Below, piece by piece: positions 60,638 to 64,000 of a DNA stretch of 64,000 bases (its first letter is position 1; every line of letters starts with the position of its first letter). The notes below the pieces were generated by a model. That model did no database searches. It worked only from the letters and a program-made list of their open reading frames with translations, and had not been told where the DNA came from. The translations under genes were made by a program, and so were the position numbers. Origin of the DNA: Octopus sinensis (taxonomy: Eukaryota); the NCBI RefSeq assembly GCF_006345805.1, contig NC_043007.1:47802001-47866000 (forward strand), read 5' to 3'.

Positions 60638-62231
60638 TCACACAATTATTATGAATAAACTAACTGGAAATAAGCAAAACGTTTGAATGTTCAAATTCTT
60701 TTCTCTTTATTATCAATATGTGTGTGTGTGTTTGTGTGTGTTTGTGCGTGTGTGTGTGTGTGTTTGTATGTGTATATGCATATATACAGAGAGAAAGAGG
60801 GAGAGAAAGAGAAATGCATAGATACAAATATACATACACATATGTGTGTATAAGTATATATACATACGTATATACATATACGCAAACTTATACCGGGAGT
60901 GAGAAAGACAGAATACTTATGCACACACATACATGTATATGTATGTAAGAATGTATTCCATACATACATGTGAATGCGTGTGTGTGTTTGGGGGAGTGAT
61001 TGTATCTTCTGTCGTTCTATAGGTCTAGAACGTATATAATGTTTGTGGATATATAATTTTAATCCTTTGATATTTCAAGCAATATATGTGGGTGTCAGTA
61101 CAAACAAAAAAAAAAAAAATGAAAAAGAAATGCAAGAAATATACCAAAACATACTGAAGTCTATAATCCCTGTTGTTTTAAGTCGCATTAATGCATAGAA
61201 TATTATAATCAACTGAATAGCTTTCACCTGTATAAAATCGATTCATTTTGAAGTTGACAGTAAAATCATTGGGATTCTTGCTTTTGTTGTTGTCATCTCT
61301 GAACAACAATGTATTGTTCTAGTTAGATCAATATATCATCAAATTATTCAAACAAAAAAAAATTTACCTGCTCACAGTTATTGTTTGAAGTATCAAAGGA
61401 TTAAAACTATATACCCACAAAAAATTATATACTCCTGTTTAAACACCAATACGCTTTGATAATAACATATGTTGACACTTTGATCAATATATGTATTATT
61501 TTTGACTCCAACATATATTCATATCATCAATGCATTTATTGATTTCGTCTGATGTTCCTCTAAATTATTCATTTTATTTCTCTTAATGAACTTCGAAATG
61601 TCTAATTGACGTATTCGTTTTTAAAATCCGAATGGTTGGTTTGCGCACTCATCCAACCATGGCGACACGAATTGAATTAGTTTGCAAATCATTAAGTTCC
61701 TCATCAAGAATTATATGAATATAAAATATGAATGACTTTAATTCCACATTACAAAGTAATAAAACACTCGTAAACTATACAGTGCTCACATTCTTTACAC
61801 TGGTCTGTGAATGAGGCTAGGTTTAAGGTTCGAATCTAGTCAGTGACCATATACATATCCTGGAGCAAGATACCTGATGATGATCGAAAGTTTAACCATC
61901 GAGACTATAAATATAAATATTGTAAATATACAGAGTAAAGATGGGCTTAAAAGTTTGGATAATTATTATAATCTTATTTATGTTGATTGTTGAAGTATTA
62001 TATGGTCCGACAGTCATGGTCTTCATTGATTACTGATGGTTGAAACATCTTAGGGCCATTTTTTGCGATAGTATCATATCTTTGCAACAGTGAACGAGTT
62101 ATAGCGAGAGTAACCGTTGAGCTTCTCTGGTTCCCTGACGGACGTGTCCTCTGTTGAGGACTTACACTGGTGAAGCCATTGTCTTCGCTGATCACCAATC
62201 AACAAATATGAACACTTTAGGCTACTGTATT

Positions 62232-62396
62232 TTCCTTCCTTCCTTCTTCCCTTCCTTCCTTCCTTTCTTCCTGCCTTCTTCCCTTCCTTCCTTCCTTCCT
62301 TCCTTCCTTCCTTCCTTCCTTCCTTCCTCCTCCTTCCTCCTTCCTTCCTTCCTTCCTTCCTTCCTTCATTTATTTATTTATTTATTTATTTATTTA
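62232..62396. repeat. (CCTT)n followed by (TTTA)n
   Basis: Read directly from the sequence. Confidence 0.9.
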
Positions 62397-62677
62397 GTCA
62401 GTTAGTTCTGGCAGTTGCTTCGTCGTTGTCAAATTTGAGGAGCGATCTATCATCGTTACATTGACTGGAGTTCGTGCTTAGAAACTATAAAACTAACTGA
62501 GGGAAGAACGTATACATGGTCTTCTGACTGGCTGGAAACAATAGCCAAATTTTTCTCAAATCACACTTTACTCTATAAAGAAAAAATGTATAACGTCTAG
62601 TGCAGAAAATAACTGAAAAAAAAATGATTTTAACAACAACAACAACTACTATTACTACTACAACTACTATAGCAACA

Positions 62678-62712
<35 letters not shown>

Positions 62713-62912
62713 AGGTAATAGTTAACCAGAGTGCTGGTCGAAGTTCTGTGAATACTGTAATGCTGTGGCTATCAAAATTGTCTTCTGAGTGTGGTGGCTT
62801 AATGTTACTTAATGTTTCTACTAAGAAATATAATATTCAACACAACCTATAACTAATCTCCCTCTCTTTCTTTCTCTCCCTCCCTCCCTCCCTCTCACTC
62901 TCTCTCTCTCTC

Positions 62913-62916
<4 letters not shown>

Positions 62917-62987
<71 letters not shown>
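62917..62987. repeat. (TA)n microsatellite preceded by (CCCT)n/(CT)n
   Basis: Read directly from the sequence. Confidence 0.95.
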
Positions 62988-62990
<3 letters not shown>

Positions 62991-64000
62991 CACGTGTACA
63001 TCTATAAATGCGTGTGCATTCACACATATATACATCAATAGTGTCTAGCACGTAACTTGATCAGAGACCATGTGCAGAAACTGCGGCAGTAACACCGTGC
63101 AATAGTTATTTCAGTAATTTAATAACATAAACAACTGTTAAATTCATTTTAAATTTATTTTATGACGTGTTAAATTTTCGTTGCACAATTGCAAACTGAT
63201 GAATTTAACAGCTTTGTGTGTTATTAAAGGGTTACAATGATGATTCTACTATGTTGAGAGAAAGTTGGTATACAAGAACTAAGCCATTAGGTAAGGTGTA
63301 AGGTGGAGTATTTTCTTACAGCATACCGAAAACCTCACGTGGAAAAATTAACTGAAAGGTATTATTTCTCTTCTTTCCCAAAATAAGCTCACCATAAAGT
63401 ATTTGCTTGGGGATGCGCTTATTATCCATTCATATGAGATCGCCTGTCCATCGAAGTTGATTCCTAATAGGCTCGGATTGATGCGATCCTTGCTTAAGTA
63501 AGAAACTTAGTGTTAGGAATGAGCGAGGACCAGATTATTCTGAGTATGTGGCGGAAATATTTCTGCTGAATTCTTTCCAACAATTTTACATGACGCGTGC
63601 ATATTGTCCAAATCTCAGAAGCATGCAGAAAGAGAAAATTAGATATATACCGAGATCTTAACATCAGCTTTGATATGGCACTGTGGTCAGGCTTTAGATT
63701 CTAGGCAGCCAAAGGCTTTTGCTGCCCTTTGACTACCGAAAGTGATTTCCGCGTCTAGGTTTTTATCAACATATACCATTCTACCCAAGTATTGAAAAGA
63801 AGCCACCGCTTTAAGTACTGAGCCCATAACCAGTATCTAAGGTTCGTTGAATTGTTGCCCAATTGATGCATTACAACAGATTTTGTTTTCAAATTAACTG
63901 TGGGAGCAAATATGTTACGTAAAGTATCAAATGCATTAATTAAATTCTGCGAGCCTTACTCAGTGTGACTTATTAAGTCACAGTCGTCCGCGTATAAATG

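Noticed and set aside
61998-62198. 66-aa ORF as a host exon
   Set aside because: No recognisable domain, an in-frame stop just upstream, and no convincing splice acceptor.
62630-62725. (CAG)n followed by CAG/GTAATA as a polyQ exon end
   Set aside because: The glutamine frame has a stop just upstream, there is no acceptor, and a simple compound microsatellite explains it.
63400-64000. Higher-complexity segment as a coding exon
   Set aside because: The minus-strand frames I translated by hand contain stops, no ORF of 60 aa or more is in the track, and I recognise no motif.

Overview
This is AT-rich eukaryotic genomic DNA made mostly of transposable elements and microsatellites. The repeat families look like those I recognise from octopus (coleoid cephalopod) genomes; this is an inference from recognition, not a search result. 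I can support no host gene. Most short ORFs in the track are microsatellite translations or antisense frames of TEs. Contents: one Tc1 transposon with an open DD34E ORF and long IR/DR-type TIRs; a second, decayed Tc1; three decayed Tx1/L1-like LINEs; at least eight R4/Dong-like (REL endonuclease) LINE fragments from about four families, nearly all embedded in (AAT)n; a decayed Gypsy (Mag-like) LTR element; Penelope-like elements (PLEs); an RTE fragment; MITEs; and many tRNA-derived SINEs. The most notable structure is an apparent small TE ecosystem built on (AAT)n. A tRNA-headed SINE carries an internal (AAT)n tract and a tail that folds as a minimal, dimer-type hammerhead ribozyme of the PLE kind. 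One copy has been split by 5.2 kb of stacked R4/Dong LINEs inserted in its (AAT)n tract. Two Tx1-like LINEs appear to use the same microsatellite in the opposite orientation. Several more hammerhead-like motifs occur elsewhere in the window. Element boundaries were read by eye and are approximate unless a TSD, TIR or motif is cited.
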